Notes: generated by a model not told the origin, from the letters alone. Positions 26,590 through 40,300 are shown, counted from the stretch's first letter. The stretch is 64,000 bases of DNA from Botryllus schlosseri (GCA_051294905.1 CM119372.1:36518001-36582000), one strand, 5' to 3'. Translations and numbers: made by a program.

Positions 26590-27309
26590 GTCACACCGTG
26601 AAAGCGATACCACCGCATGAAAGATAACTTTTCAAGGGCAATCGGTTCCAATGCGGGCACATAAAACAGTGTATAAACACAGAGCACAGTACACAGACTA
26701 GCAAGGTGTAAAGTCAGCTGCGGCGCCGAGTAGGCTCACTCGTACGCGAGGAGCAAGCTTGCCATTGTCAGTTGCTATTGCGCGGCGACACGAGCTCAGT
26801 ATATTTAATAATCGGGTACCAATCGAAATGCTATTTTCGCACTGATTCCGAAAATCCAAATACTATAGTATAGTATATCTCATGTCAGAGCACCATGCCC
26901 CTCAATCTCACCTGGGAATGCGATAGCCAACGTTTAGTGAAGAGCAAAGCGTTGTATTGCCGATGGCGGTTATGTATATTTCGTAGGCTACCTATATCTT
27001 CAGAGAGAGATCTTTATTCGCCCACATTAGGCGTTAGGCCTACAAATCAACATCACACAGCAAAAATGGTATACGCGTCATATACCTTCTCACGCCGCCT
27101 GCATGTGAAGAGAGCTAATGAACCAAAGTCATTTGTTACGTGGGTTATTGTAAGTATGATGATGATGCTTCCCTGTAAAGTAGCAAGGTATGACGTCATG
27201 CCTTACCCAACTGTGCATGACCGCATCACTCGTGCTTGACCGCTTCATCTCATATATCATCTCTGGTTGATGGCACATGGAAGCCATAATAAATGTACAG
27301 CAAGAAACA

Positions 27310-27355
27310 TGGTGTCAGAAGTGGGATTCGAACCCACGCCTCCATTCGGAGACCA
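27310..27355 (+). promoter_or_regulatory. Extended PBS: 46-nt complement of the tRNA-Leu(CAA)-type 3' half including CCA
   Basis: TGGTGTCAGAAGTGGGATTCGAACCCACGCCTCCATTCGGAGACCA = complement of CCA, acceptor strand, T arm, long variable arm and part of the anticodon stem. Confidence 0.9.
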
Positions 27356-27359
27356 TTCG

Positions 27360-30300
27360 GAGGAACATTCCATTCGTATTGCGGCTCTCAGAGCGGCTCT
27401 TGGACCAGCTGGGTGCGATGTCTATGATGGCATTACTTTATCAGAAGATGACGCCAAGAGTTACCCAGTCGTATTGAAGAAAATGGAGGAGCGCTGTGTT
27501 GTGAAGATCAACATTATATACGAGAGGTACTGTTTTTTCAGTCGTAGTCAAGCTTCAAATGAATCATTCAACACGTACTACGAACAGCTGCGAAGGCTGA
27601 TAAAAACCTGTGATTTTAAAACCTTGGAGGATGAGCTTCTCAGAGACAAAATTGTGTGTGGCATATCCGATGTTGTGCTGAGAAGAAAACGCCTACAAGA
27701 GACAGGACTTACATTGGACTCCTGTATTTTGAGTTGCAGATTGTTTGAGTCAACTGCTCTGCAAATGAAAAAAATGACTCTAACGTCAGATGACGTTGCA
27801 ATTCATGCGATACAAAATAAGTACAAGCAAAGGAAATGGCCAGCTGCTGAAAGGGACTCTAAAATGAATTGAGGATATGATGGTAGTACACCTCAATCGG
27901 AAGAGCTCCCCAAAATCTGCAAGTTTTGTAGAAAGGTGCATGTTTTTGGTCGGCGATATTGCCCGGCTAACGGCAAAACTTGTTCACGCTGTAACGGAAA
28001 AGACCATTTTGCCGTGGCATGTCAGGCAACTGTGATGATGATATCAGCTGATCGCATTGAGTCGGATGAAGAAGAGGATGACGAAGTTCTTTCGTTTGAA
28101 CATGTGAGTGCTACGGAGGAATCCTATGTTAAGAAAATATTTGCTCTGTTATACCTGGTTAACATGTATGTAAAATTCCAAATTGATTGTGGCGCAACCT
28201 TAAATGTTCTTTCATGGCGAGATTACTTGAATGTAACTGGTGACACAAAAATGCTCAACCTGAAACCTACTTCTATGAGACTGGTTGTATATGTAGCGAC
28301 CCTGATACGGCGCTGTCAACCTAACAGGGACGTCGTTGTTCTTCGGTTCAGAAGCCCTCTCGTCGGCGACCCGCTATCACCAGCATGCCATCAAGTACAC
28401 CCAGGAGTATTTACAAATTACGAATTTAATGCCAAGCCAAACTTAATACAACCAAATACTCCAATCAGTACCTCACAGAGATATACAGGTACTACACTAC
28501 ATTACAAGTACAAATACACAGTTCACAAGCATTCCCAAGCTTCCTACTAACCGACCGTGCACTCAATAACACGTGCAGCCAGAAACGCAAAGAACATTCT
28601 ACCAGCTTCCGCGAAGCAAGCGCACACTCGTCAATCAACTGTGACCAACAATGCAATCACTGATCCATTACATTATTCTATTCCCAGGATGTTACATATA
28701 TAATAAGGAAGTGATAAGCCCTCTCGGAATAACAACGTTGGAAATCACCAATAAACAGAATGGTGAAAACTACTTGCTAGAATTTGTAGTGGTTGAGAAG
28801 CCGAACACTTCCATCATTGGTTCCGCCGATGCTCAAAGGATGAAACTAATTACGATCAATTTTGAAAACATAATGATCGAGGAACCTTCAGTACAAGCTC
28901 TTACAGCGAAGGATCCTGAATTCGCCAATTTTGCTACACTGGAGTTTGATCAAATATGTGAACAATTTTCGGATGTTTTCAATGGTACGAGAAAGCTAGA
29001 GGGTAAACTTCATCTGGAAATTGATGACACTATCAGTCCTGTACAGATGCCTGTTCGCAAAATACCCCTGGCACTTGAAGCGCAAGTGAAGGAGAAAATT
29101 GATAGTTTGGTTGATGCTGACATAATAGCTCCCGTGGATTGCCATACTCCCTGGATATCTAATCTGGTCACTGTAAAAAAGAAATCTGGAGATATCCGCT
29201 TGTGCCTGGATCCCCTGGCGCTGATCAAAGCTCTAAAACGCAACAATTATCCAATGCCGACAGTTGATGATGTGTTACCATATATGCACAATGCCAAAGT
29301 ATTTACACTGTGTGATGTAAAAATGGATTTTGGCATGTAGAACTTGATGATACTAGTAGTTATCTAACTACATTCGGTACTCCATATGGTCGTTACAGAT
29401 GGCTCCGACTGCCTTTCGGAATCAGCCCAGCACCGGAGGAGTTCATGAGAAGACTGAAGATAGCGCTGGACGGCCTGGAAGGAATCACGCCCGTCGCGGA
29501 TGAGATCTTGATTTATGGTGTGGGCGATACTGTTGAAGAGGCGACTATGGACAATAAGAAAAAGTTCTTGAACTGTTGAAACGCTGTCAACAAACTGGTA
29601 TTAAACTGAATAAAGCGAAACTACGCTATCTGCAGACTGAAGTGCCCTACTTAGGCCATACCATCTCAAAAGATGGTCTAAAACCCTCATCGAGCAAAAT
29701 TGAAGGCATCATAAAAATGCCCCCTCCAACGGATAAGCAGGGCGTCCAGAGAATGTTAGCGATGACAAATTTTCTGCAGCGTTTTGCCCCTAAGCTTTCA
29801 GATATAACCGCTCCCATCCGCGAACTCCTAAAAAAAGACAACGCGTTCATACGGGATCCAATCCTACATGGGACATGCTTTGAGAAAATAAAACAAACCT
29901 TGATCAACGCGCCAGTTTTACAATACTTCGACAAAAACAAACCTATGGTACTGCAATGTGATGCCAGTTCAAAGGGGCTAGGATGCTGTGTATTGCAAAA
30001 CTCTCACCCTGTTGCCTATGCTTCACGGGCGTTGACAACAACGGAGTGCAACTATGCGCAAATCGAAAAAGAATTGCTTGCTATTCTCTTTGCCATGGAA
30101 AAATTTGAGTTATATGTCTATGGCAGATTTGTAACAGTAGAAAGCGATCACAAACCTCTGGAAGTGATCACAAAGAAAAGTCTGGTTAATGCACCAAAAC
30201 GGTTACAGCGCATGTTACTTCAGCTCCAAAAGTATGACTTCGAGGTGATATACAAGCCTGGATCACAATTATTTGCGGCGGATACGTTGAGTCGTGCGTA

Positions 30301-31677
30301 CATTCCAAAGTCACCCAAAGACGCAGAAACTGCTGATGTGTTTGATATCTTTCAACAGATTGCACATATCGACATGTTGAATGATATACCGGTATCAAGC
30401 TCCACGCTCGGCATGGTCAGCCAAGCAACAATCTCTGATTCTGTCATGAACACGTTAATCTCTTTTATAAAACATGGGTGGCCGAATGAAGCCAAGCTGG
30501 TACCCCAATCAATTCGAAATTTCTACTGTTTTAAAGAGGAGTTGACATTTCAGGATCAAATCGTTCTGAAGGGTGATCGTATTGTCATACCGTCGTCCAT
30601 AAAAGGCACTATTCTCAAGCGACTTCATGCCAGTCATGTTGGAATTCAAGGTTGTGTACGCCGGGCTCGTGAATGTTTGTATTGGCCCAACATGGTTAAC
30701 GATATTACGGACTTCGTATCAAGCTGTCCCACATGTGGCTTACACCAACCCAACCAACAGAAGGAAAGTCTGATTTCACATCCGGTACCAGGACGTTCTT
30801 GGCAAATAATCAGTAGCGATTTATGTGAATCTGACGGACAACATTATTTGATTACAGTTGATCACTACTCGGATTATTTTGAGGTAGATCGACTAACCTC
30901 ACAGACTTCTACAGCAGTTATTCGCCGCTTAAAATCACATATGGCACGTCATGGAATCTGCGAGAAATTGATTACTGACAATGGTCCATGCTATGCTGCT
31001 CATGACTTCGAGGCATTTGCAAAGGAATATGAGTTTGAACATGTGACCAGCTCTCCGCAGGACACAGCCAATCGAACGGAAAGGCGGAATCAGCTGTCAA
31101 AATCTTCAAATCGTTACTTCGTAAAGCGACAACTGACAAAAAAGACATAAATATTGTACTGTTGGATTGGAGGAACACTCCAGGCGAGACTGTTCCTGGC
31201 TCTCCAGTACAGAGGCTATTTGGAAGACGCACCAAGACCTTGTTGCCAATAGCAACTAAACTGCTTGAGCCGAAAATTGTTTCTGATGTCATTCCATCGC
31301 TTATGGATCGGAAAAGAAAACAGGCAAAGTATTACAATCGTGGTGCAAAAGACCTCGCCCTGTTGAGTCCTGGTCAACAGGTTCGATTCAAAAGGACAGA
31401 AAATGGCTTGTGGCTCGAAGCGGTGGTGATTAAGCAACTGAATGATCGATCGTACATTGTGAAGGCGACAGATGGAACGATCTACCGACGCAACAGAAAG
31501 TTTATTCGAACTACTTTAACTCACCCGCATGTTGCATTTGACTTTGACGACATTTCGATTGCCAGACCAGCAGTAGTGAACAGCGACACTAATGGGTCGT
31601 TATCTGGTTCCAGTAGCAGCAGGCCAAGCCGTACAGTAATTCGACCAGCATACTTGCAAGACTATGTTACAACTTGA
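27360..31677 (+). pseudogene. Disrupted gag-pol of element B (gag N-terminus missing; PR-RT-RH-IN)
   Basis: Zn knuckle CKFCRKVH..CSRCNGKDHFAVAC; protease FQIDCGA; in-frame TGA at 27870; frameshifts near 29325, 29570, 31065; RT motif reads VADE instead of xxDD; solo LTR inserted in protease. Confidence 0.93.
28292..28696 (-). mobile_element. Solo LTR (405 bp) of an unrelated Gypsy family inside element B
   Basis: TGTAGC...GTTACA termini; 4-bp TSD TATA; removing it restores in-frame LVVYNKEVISPLG; orientation inferred from ATTAAA on -. Confidence 0.88.
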
Positions 31678-32572
31678 TTCGTTGCTGTAATTTATATCCT
31701 AATTCGGTTCGGTTCGTTTTCTATTATTTTGTGATGTTTTGAGAAGGGGATGTTACGTGGGTTATTGTATGAATTATGATGATGCTTCCCTGTAAAGTAG
31801 CAAGGTATGACGTCATGCCTTACCCAACTGTGCATGACCGCATCACTCGTGCTTGACCGCTTCATCTCATATATCATCTCTGGTTGATGGCACATGGAAG
31901 CCATAATAAATGTACAGCAAGAAACATCATTAACTGAGGGGGCCAACCATTTCGGCTTTTTTATATATGCGATTCCGATTCCAAGGAAATAGATGCGTCC
32001 TCAATCATAAACCTACCGCACACCACTGCCTTGAATAATAATATAATCTAAGTTTCTCGAAACGATCATTGATTGCTTTTGCTCTGTTCTACTGCAAAAC
32101 TTTCAGGTGCATTTTTGCGCTCTGTCCTGGTCCGTGTCATAATAAGTAGGCCTAGCCTATTCGGTTCTTGATTTTTGCGACTCGCGGTTCAATTGTGACA
32201 ATGTTAGCAAGCTGCTAATAATGTAACTGTGTTGTTGTAAGTTCTTTATTCTTCAAGCTATCAGATCGCAGCACAGGCGCATAGAAACATGACCAGTAAA
32301 TATAGCACGTGCACCTCGCACGGCGTACATCCAAGAGAGAGAACGCAAATATAACAACACGCTTCGTCGATATGCATGACGTCATCACTAGCCATAGATG
32401 GCGCCCCGTTACAATAACACAGGCGAATGTTGCGAAATGCGAACTCTAGAACCTACATTTCATTGTAACGTAATAAATTCGTATTTTTGTGCTGTGGCTC
32501 TTTTCAAACTGAGATTTTTGATATGCGGCTCGCGCTTGCAGCAGGTCTGCCCACCACCGTTAGCCTATATAG

Positions 32573-33532
32573 CAGTGTTGGGATGACTCGAGTCATGACT
32601 TGACTTGAGTCAGACTCGAGTCACCTTTGTCGTATGACTTGACTTGACTCGAGTCACTTTGCTAAAATGACTTGACTTGACTTGACTCGGCGCATCTATA
32701 ATGTGGATTGACTCGTGACTCGAAGCAAAATTCACGAGTCAATTTCAAGTCATCAAGTAATCGATGTCGATAACAATCACTGTTTCTTCCATATGTTTGG
32801 ATTGTTCGCGGAACGCTGGTGTAACCCGTGAGAGCGACTAATCATTCAATGATCGTGTGTAAATAAAATGACCATAAATAAAATGACCACGAACGTAGTG
32901 ATTGAAGGTTACAGCTTACGTTGTCGTAAACTGTTAGTGAAGTAATTTAATAGCATAATATTCATTTCGGTTTTCTGTTCTTATACCTTAGCCAAACCTC
33001 TTGTTTTATTGAAATTGAATCCGAATATAGTTTATATACTTCTCAGCCATTGGCCTAGGCTTGAATTGTATCATATCAATTTGTAAATGGATAATGTATT
33101 GCATCTTGTCAATTCGTTTCTCTATTCTCTATTTTGGCTGATAACTATAAACTAAGGCTATGAAATTACTTACGTCTAGTTTAACAGCAGTTCTTCGTAT
33201 ATGTGATCGATACAGCGCCTTCTTGCGTGTATATTTAACTCTATATTCGTTCATCGGTTCCGTATCAATGACCACATTAATCTGTATTTCAGACAGCTAG
33301 CATGACGTAATCATGCCTCATACTTCGAAAAGGCAACTTGACTTGAATTGTGACTTGACTCGTGACTTGACTTGACTTGACTCGACTTGACTCGAGTCAT
33401 CTCCAAAAATCGAGTGACTTGACTTGACTCGAGTCACCTTCGAAAATCGATTGACTTGACTTGACTCGAGTCAAATATGCAATGACTCGAAATGACGCGT
33501 GACTGGAAGGTAGTGACTTGATCCCAACACTG
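32573..33532. mobile_element. hAT MITE with subterminal GACTT/GACTC arrays
   Basis: TIR cagtgttgggat / atcccaacactg; perfect TSD CTATATAG. Confidence 0.95.
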
Positions 33533-34195
33533 CTATATAGCATGTAGATATAAAACATATATACGAATTGGATATTCTGATGATGATGATGACCGCCGAC
33601 CGTAAAAATGCTGCTAAACGATGTAGTTCCTGTTTAAGCAATTTTTGGTGCGTGTTAAGAAGCCTTTTACGTCGAAGGAGTCGTGATTAGCCCAATTCTT
33701 TCAATTTACAACGCCAAATCAGTGACGTCACAATAAAGGATCCGTGACGTCATGGATAAGAAATAGCAAATAAAAACATGTTTCAAAAAGGGCATTGTTT
33801 TAAACATGTTTTTTAACCTGATTTTATTGTGTTAAATGCAACTATAACTGTACTGAAGTAAATCAGGACGAAGTAGAAGCAAGCTCACTTCCTAACATGC
33901 CCACTGCCCAGCTCTGTAAGCAACCCGTTTAATATTGAACTGATGCTCGGTAAATTTGAACTTCGAATTAGTTTATTTCGACACAATGGTGACCTATAAT
34001 AGATCGCCACAAAGCATCATAACTACTCTAAAACATGTGAAATACAAAATGTCACTAACTCCAATTATATCACATCTCCAATGAAAGGGAAAAGCAACGT
34101 TGTAATTGTAATTTGATATTTTTAGCATTGAGTAATTGAAACATGCAAGGAAGTAATTGTAATTGAACTGAATTATTGTAATTGATCCAACTCTG

Positions 34196-34452
34196 ACCGG
34201 ACCACGACCTAACATCGACCTCGCCCTCCGCCACATGCCACCTCATTTTGTCGCTTACGTCTTATATTCTCTGCATTACTTTTCATTCAGTGTGCATGCC
34301 TCTTATTTACTTCGCCTAGGCTAAGGTGGGTATCTGATCTTAAAGTCTACTCCAGGTTGTTTCGACACCTTCCTATCTTTTCATTGTATCGCAGTCTTGT
34401 GATGTTTTGAAACGATGAAAATATTACTAAACCTGATTGATTGATTGATTGA
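34196..34452 (+). repeat. Dispersed retroposon-like 3' end with (TGAT)n tail; copy 2
   Basis: Similar to 10495-10734; ends aaacc(tgat)n. Confidence 0.75.
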
Positions 34453-34948
34453 ACGACCAACCAGTTGGGGTCTCTTGAACTGACATCCACCTCGACCTAT
34501 AATGCCCGATGTCACAGTCTTCTTCGATGTTAAACTTTTTTCGTCGGTCCGTTTTAGAAGCAATTCCTTGCTCTATTTTTCTTTCTTTATCTGGTCTTTT
34601 CTTCTGAACTTTTTTTGTCGGAAGTCAAGGTAAGTCAAGGAAGTCAAGGTAAACTACCGCACATCGGTGCAAAACAAGCGCACAAGTATAAAATAAGGAA
34701 AAATAAGAGGAATAAGGACAATGTATAGTTTTATCAGTCATTGCCCTTCAAAATAAGGACAAACCAAATAAATATAAGTAATTTATGACGACTATGTATC
34801 GGCCTCTACATGCATGCTCACGGGGTGTTATATATGCGTTCTTTTCGCAAACATAATTTTATTTTATTGCGCAATACCGAGTTACGATCATTATAGAGTC
34901 CATGAAAATTCATATTGGGCCGAAGAATATTAACATAATGATGAAGGG

Positions 34949-35989
34949 TTATGGGTATGGCGCCACCGTGGCCGTATGGATATATAGCTTTTGAGGCCTT
35001 TTTACGTTTGTCGCCACGTCTTCGATTACGCACAGTTCAACCGCAGAGGTCCCGACCTCGCCTTCGGCTTCTTTCGTCCAAAAGGGACATACGGTATTCT
35101 GCCACGTTGGAAATGCAACGACCGTCATGATCATGGTGATGGTGATACACCCGTGAATCAAGATTTTCGCGGTGTAGCCTGCTCGCATCATTTTCATCGC
35201 GAAAAAACTGAACGTTACTACGTCAGTAATCGCGCAGATTAAACCGCAAACCAGGGTCCTGATGACGAGCGATTTAATGTAGGATGTCTGTACCATGGTC
35301 TCCTCCGAATGTTTCAGAAGGGGTCGGATGAAGGGGTATAGAAGGAGCGAATGGATTGCGACTGCCGCTAATGTGCTCGTGATCAACGTTACTTCTCTCG
35401 GTATGTTATTGCCCGTTGCATCACAACCGTTAGATGTTACGCTGAACGTGAAATCTTGGATATGCATACACATTTTGATGAACGGCACTACGAATGATGT
35501 CACATACGAAACACGGCTTGAAGCTCTGAGACAAGTTGAAGTCAAGTGTTTCAACGCCGGCTCGTCGTACAAAGTTTTGTGCCGTTCCCAAAACAGTATG
35601 TAAGAGCACACTAGGGCGGCATGACTCGCAACGATTTTCGCCTGCTTGACCGCGCTGCACATGTGCTGAGCAAAGACGTCGATTATGGATTCTTCGAATG
35701 CGTCAGCTACGAAGACAAACGTGGAAAACGCAGCGCAACCGATCGTGAATACTGCGATGTTGTCTTTACCGCGTTCCATTCTACTTTTTCGCCCGTGAGG
35801 GGAAATGTATTTCTTGAGGAAAGCGATCACGATCCAGAAACCAATAACCGAGGGCGGGACCGTTGTGAACCATAGTCGCGCCCAGTCCTGCCAGGTTTTG
35901 ATCACTGTCACGGTGTTAGCCATCTCCGTTTGAGTTCCGGTTGCGACGTCTGCGCTTGTAATGTTAAATTCTTGCGGTCCCGATGTCAT
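34949..35989 (-). CDS. Intronless orphan seven-transmembrane, class-A GPCR-like protein (346 aa)
   Basis: Seven hydrophobic segments; Cys at top of TM3 (MCSAV) and in ECL2 (NGCD); WERH where DRY normally lies; uninterrupted ORF. Confidence 0.8.
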   Translation of the reverse strand: MTSGPQEFNITSADVATGTQTEMANTVTVIKTWQDWARLWFTTVPPSVIGFWIVIAFLKKYISPHGRKSRMERGKDNIAVFTIGCAAFSTFVFVADAFEESIIDVFAQHMCSAVKQAKIVASHAALVCSYILFWERHKTLYDEPALKHLTSTCLRASSRVSYVTSFVVPFIKMCMHIQDFTFSVTSNGCDATGNNIPREVTLITSTLAAVAIHSLLLYPFIRPLLKHSEETMVQTSYIKSLVIRTLVCGLICAITDVVTFSFFAMKMMRAGYTAKILIHGCITITMIMTVVAFPTWQNTVCPFWTKEAEGEVGTSAVELCVIEDVATNVKRPQKLYIHTATVAPYP

Positions 35990-37322
35990 GTCGCTTCACT
36001 AAAGGCTAACCCTCGCGTTTCCGAAACAACTATCGAAAGATCGATGCATGCAAGACTGAAGAATGCGCCTTGGTATTATAAATACAGCCCTCAAAAGCGA
36101 CTCCTAATCAACAGCATTGATATGAACATTCCAACGGAGTGGCATGATTGACCATATTTTGTAACTGTTATTTTGGACTCGTATGCGGTGTTTATAGCAT
36201 TGTGCTGCGAATTGAACATATCGCATGACCCTTGCACGATGTTGAACAATCCGCTCATTTATCTTTTGGGATCATGTGATTATACACTGCCTCAAACCAT
36301 CGATCAACCTCTTTGGCCACGCAACTTTGACTATGATTGATTGATTTTTACCTACCTAGTTCCTAGAGGTTAACTCTTCAGCAGGCCCTAAAAGTCGTTG
36401 ACCGGGGGAGCGCACGCGTATATAAGCCCTTCTCCCTTAGCATTCGGCAGACCTAACTGTTGTATTTTTGTATTACTCAAGCTTCTGTAAGTAAGTAACG
36501 ATAGAATGACAACTCTTTTCCAAAATATCTCAAAGTGCCCTTTCTTTGACGTCCTGTATGCTAGATCATGGGTTCCCAAACTGTGGCCCACTGGTGGGCC
36601 CCTTGAGCAATTTGAGGTGGGCCACATATTTATTTGGAAAATTGTAGAATTGATGAAGGTTTAGCAGCCTACTATTTTTATACTATTCGCTCAAAATGTA
36701 TCATTGAATTATACGTATGCTACATAAAGCTTTTATAGCGTGCTCTGTCGTGGGCGCGCGTTCTTCTTGGTCCGCGGCTCGATAAGTCAAAGTAGACAAG
36801 TCAGCATTGCTCTTTTAATAAAACAACTAAAACATGACGATGCTCGTCCGACGGATACTAAAAGACGACTGGCTCGGACGGTGACTAAAAGCGACTGCCT
36901 AAAAGAGTACAACACAACAAGACGTAGCAGTAACGTAATCAGTCATCAGCGAGGGTAATTATGGGTTAATCATGGAGCGGTACGCTACAAGGGCCCCCCT
37001 GGTTGGTAAAAGCTTTAGGATATAATATGGACACTACATCAGTCAACGATATAACTACGAATGAAGGACCCTACCAGCATGACACGGCAATGATTACAGA
37101 TTGCGATTCGAATATGAGTTCAATTCTAAATGTTCTAACGTTAATGAAAGTGAGATGGGCGTAGTGGTGAAGCTATTAACGACACAATAGTTCGTTTAGC
37201 GATAATGATGCACTTTACAATGAGACAGGCTATATAAGACACGATTTATAGAACATACAGGAGATGAAGAAGCCTGTTGCGAAAAAGTACAAGTGATGGC
37301 GGAAAAGTGAATGAGTAACACA

Positions 37323-40300
37323 CTAAATATCCATTTTAAATACTGGTGACAACACAAAATCAGTCAAGTGATGTGGAGTACGAATAATACGGCCACTGGC
37401 CGACACAGAGTTTGTTCGCGAAGTGTCAACTTGCGGTGGCGTCAATTCGTCGAGACGCTCGATGGGAAGTCTGCCAGGTATAAGCCTGTCGGTTGAGGCG
37501 TCATACGGACCCTTATTCGTTAGAATTGTGAAACATTTACGAGTGCGTTTTAAAACTTGATGCGGACCAGAATAAACCGGATCGAGTGATCTACGATGAC
37601 CATCTATCCGCAAGAAAACGTGCGTGCAATTAGTCAAATCGTTCGGGACATAAGATTTTTGATTCGAATGAAACCTAGTCGGCATCTCACCCACGGCCGA
37701 GAAAAAGCGTTTCAATTCACCAACGTAGTTGAAATCATTAGCGTTATTACCACTGGAAGAAGGATTGACTAATTGACCGGGTAGTCGAAGGGAAGTGCCA
37801 TACACAAGCTCTGCTGGTGAATAACCGAGATCTTCCTTGACAGAACATCGCAGCCCTAAAACAATTAAGCCTAAGTGATGATACCAATTATGAGGACTTT
37901 CTAATGCGCGGAGGGAGGCTTTCAAAGTTATGTTATAGCGTTCGACAAGAGAATTTTGCTCCGGCTTATACGCCAAGGTTTTGATGTGGAAAATACCCAA
38001 GAATTGCATATACTGAGTCCATTCAAGCGAGGTAAACTGACTTCCTCGGTCGGTTATTACTTTACGGGGTGAGCCGAAATTCGACACCCAGCCAAAACTA
38101 AACGCATCAATAACAGTTTGGGCACGAATGTCCAACATTGGAACACATACAGGCCAGCGAGTATAGCGATCAACACACATCAAAATATACGAGTAGCCGC
38201 AACTATTCGGGAGTGACAAAATGTCCACGTTAACCGTATGAAAGCGTTCAGAAGGGACGGGAAGATTATTAATTGCAGTTCGAGTATGCCTATGAATCTT
38301 CGATCGTTGACACTGCTGACAATGACGGACGAAATCGTTCACATGTCGTTTCATGCCGGGCCATACATAACGTTCAGCAATTAATCTAGTGGTCGCGCGT
38401 ATACCGGGGTGCGAAATATCATGCACACTGTGCATTACAGTCTCTCGAAGCGCTGCAGGAACGTAGGGACGTTCTCTACCAGGTAACGACTTGTCGAAAA
38501 TGATAGGATCGTTCAACTCTACGAAATGTACTTCCGCGAGATGCAACGAGTGGTTATTGGTGTTGGCGAGGAGGTCTTTGAGCTCATCGTCGTCTTTCTG
38601 GGCTTGTAGTAATGCTTCCGCTGTGATGGGAACAGTGTTCGGAAAAATTGCGTTCACCTCGAGTCTGGAGAGAGTATCCGCAGCCGTGTTCAGAGTCCCT
38701 TTGATGTGTCTAACGTCGTCGGTATATTCCGTGATAAATTCCAACTGTCTTGCTTGACGATCCAGAAGTCTGTCGGTTGGATTCCTTAACGATTTTACAA
38801 GCCCGTCATTATCGGTAATCAGTTGAAATTTCCTACCCTTTAGTTGGACATGAAAATGCTTGATTGCTGAATAAGCCGCCAAAAGCTCGCGATCAAATGC
38901 GGAGTACTTGCGCTGTGTCGGGTTCAAGGTTTTCGAGAAGAATGCTAAGGGTAACCACGAATCATCACTTTTCTGTTGCAAAACAGCTCCAATTCCGATT
39001 TGACTAGCGTCTACCACGAGTGACAGTTCGGCATCATGAATCGGGTGGAACAATATGACATTATCGGACAGTTCGGTCTTGATGCGTTCGAAAGCTGTGT
39101 TAGCACTATCTGTCCATTTTACAAGATCACGCTTATTCGATGCTGCATTGGCCACGTCATACAGTGGCTTCAAAATCTCGGCACAGTTTTTGACAAAACG
39201 ATGGTAATAGCAGACTAGTCCAAGGAATGAGCGTAGTTGTTTTACATTTTCGGGACGAGGATAGTTAGAGATTACTTCAACCTTAGACGGCAAGGGACTA
39301 ATTCCCCTTGCATTAACAAGGTGACCTAAAAATTCGATTTCTTCCTTACCGAAACTGCACTTATCAACATTTATGACCAGTCCGAACTTACGAAACCTTG
39401 AAAACAATTTCGACAATGTTGCCATGTGCTCTTCTTCAGTCCGAGTCGCAATTAAAATGTCGTCTAAAAACACGAAAATATTCTCCAGTCCTTCGGTTAC
39501 TTCGGATATAAAACGGCTAAAAGTACTACAAGCGTTGGTCAAGCCGAACATCTTCGTCGTTGGTTGGAATAGTCCTTCGGGACAAATAAAAGCAGCCTTC
39601 TCTTGATCGTCTGGATGAAGAGGAATTTGATGGTACGCCTTCGCTAAGTCAACTTTGCTAAAAACATTACAGGTCGACAGTTCATTGGTAAAATCACGCA
39701 GAAATGGGACAGGCCAGCGATCCTTGACCGTTTGATTGTTTAATTTCCTATAGTCGACACAGATTCTAATATCGTCTAACCCCTTCGGTACGACAGTGAT
39801 GGTAGAGGCGAAAGGCGATTTTGAGCGAATGATTACACCGGACTTCAACATCTCTTGCAATCGATTCTTCACCTTCTGTTTCAAATGGGGCGGCAATGGG
39901 CGACAGCGAGAACGAGTGGGACATCCGTTAGTAATAATACGATGTACAGTACCGTGATTAGCTCGTACTGCTGCATTCCGTGGAATTGTAATGTCATTGA
40001 AGCTCGACAAAAGATCTACATATGGCCTATTGTGATCATGCGCTATAAAGTTCAACCCGCGAACTACTGGATTACACTTCCAGCCAGGAATGAAACCTCC
40101 TGAAACAGTATCAATCAGACAATTGCTCCTCAAATCAACGACGAGAGAAAATCGCTCAATAAAATCAGCCCCCAATATGGCAATGTGTGTATCGGCAATA
40201 TAGAATCGAAATCCATACTTGTGTCTATCGGAGAGCTCGATCCGTAAATATCTCGTTCCAAACGTCGCAATTTTTGATCCATTTGTAGCGTACAGATTTG

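Larger units (their letters stand above)
27134..31926 (+). mobile_element. Defective Ty3/Gypsy (Mag-type) retrotransposon B
   Basis: 176-bp LTRs 27134-27309 and 31751-31926 (TG...CA, 3 mismatches seen); 5-bp TSD TCATT; PBS at 27310; PPT gagaagggga 31741-31750. Confidence 0.97.

Noticed and set aside
27310-27355. tRNA-Leu gene
   Set aside because: Only the 3' half, includes encoded CCA and abuts an LTR; it is a primer-derived copy
32573-33532. CRISPR-like or telomeric GACTT/GACTC repeats (also the 1965-2486 array)
   Set aside because: Subterminal repeats of a TSD-flanked hAT MITE; no constant repeat with unique spacers; eukaryotic context
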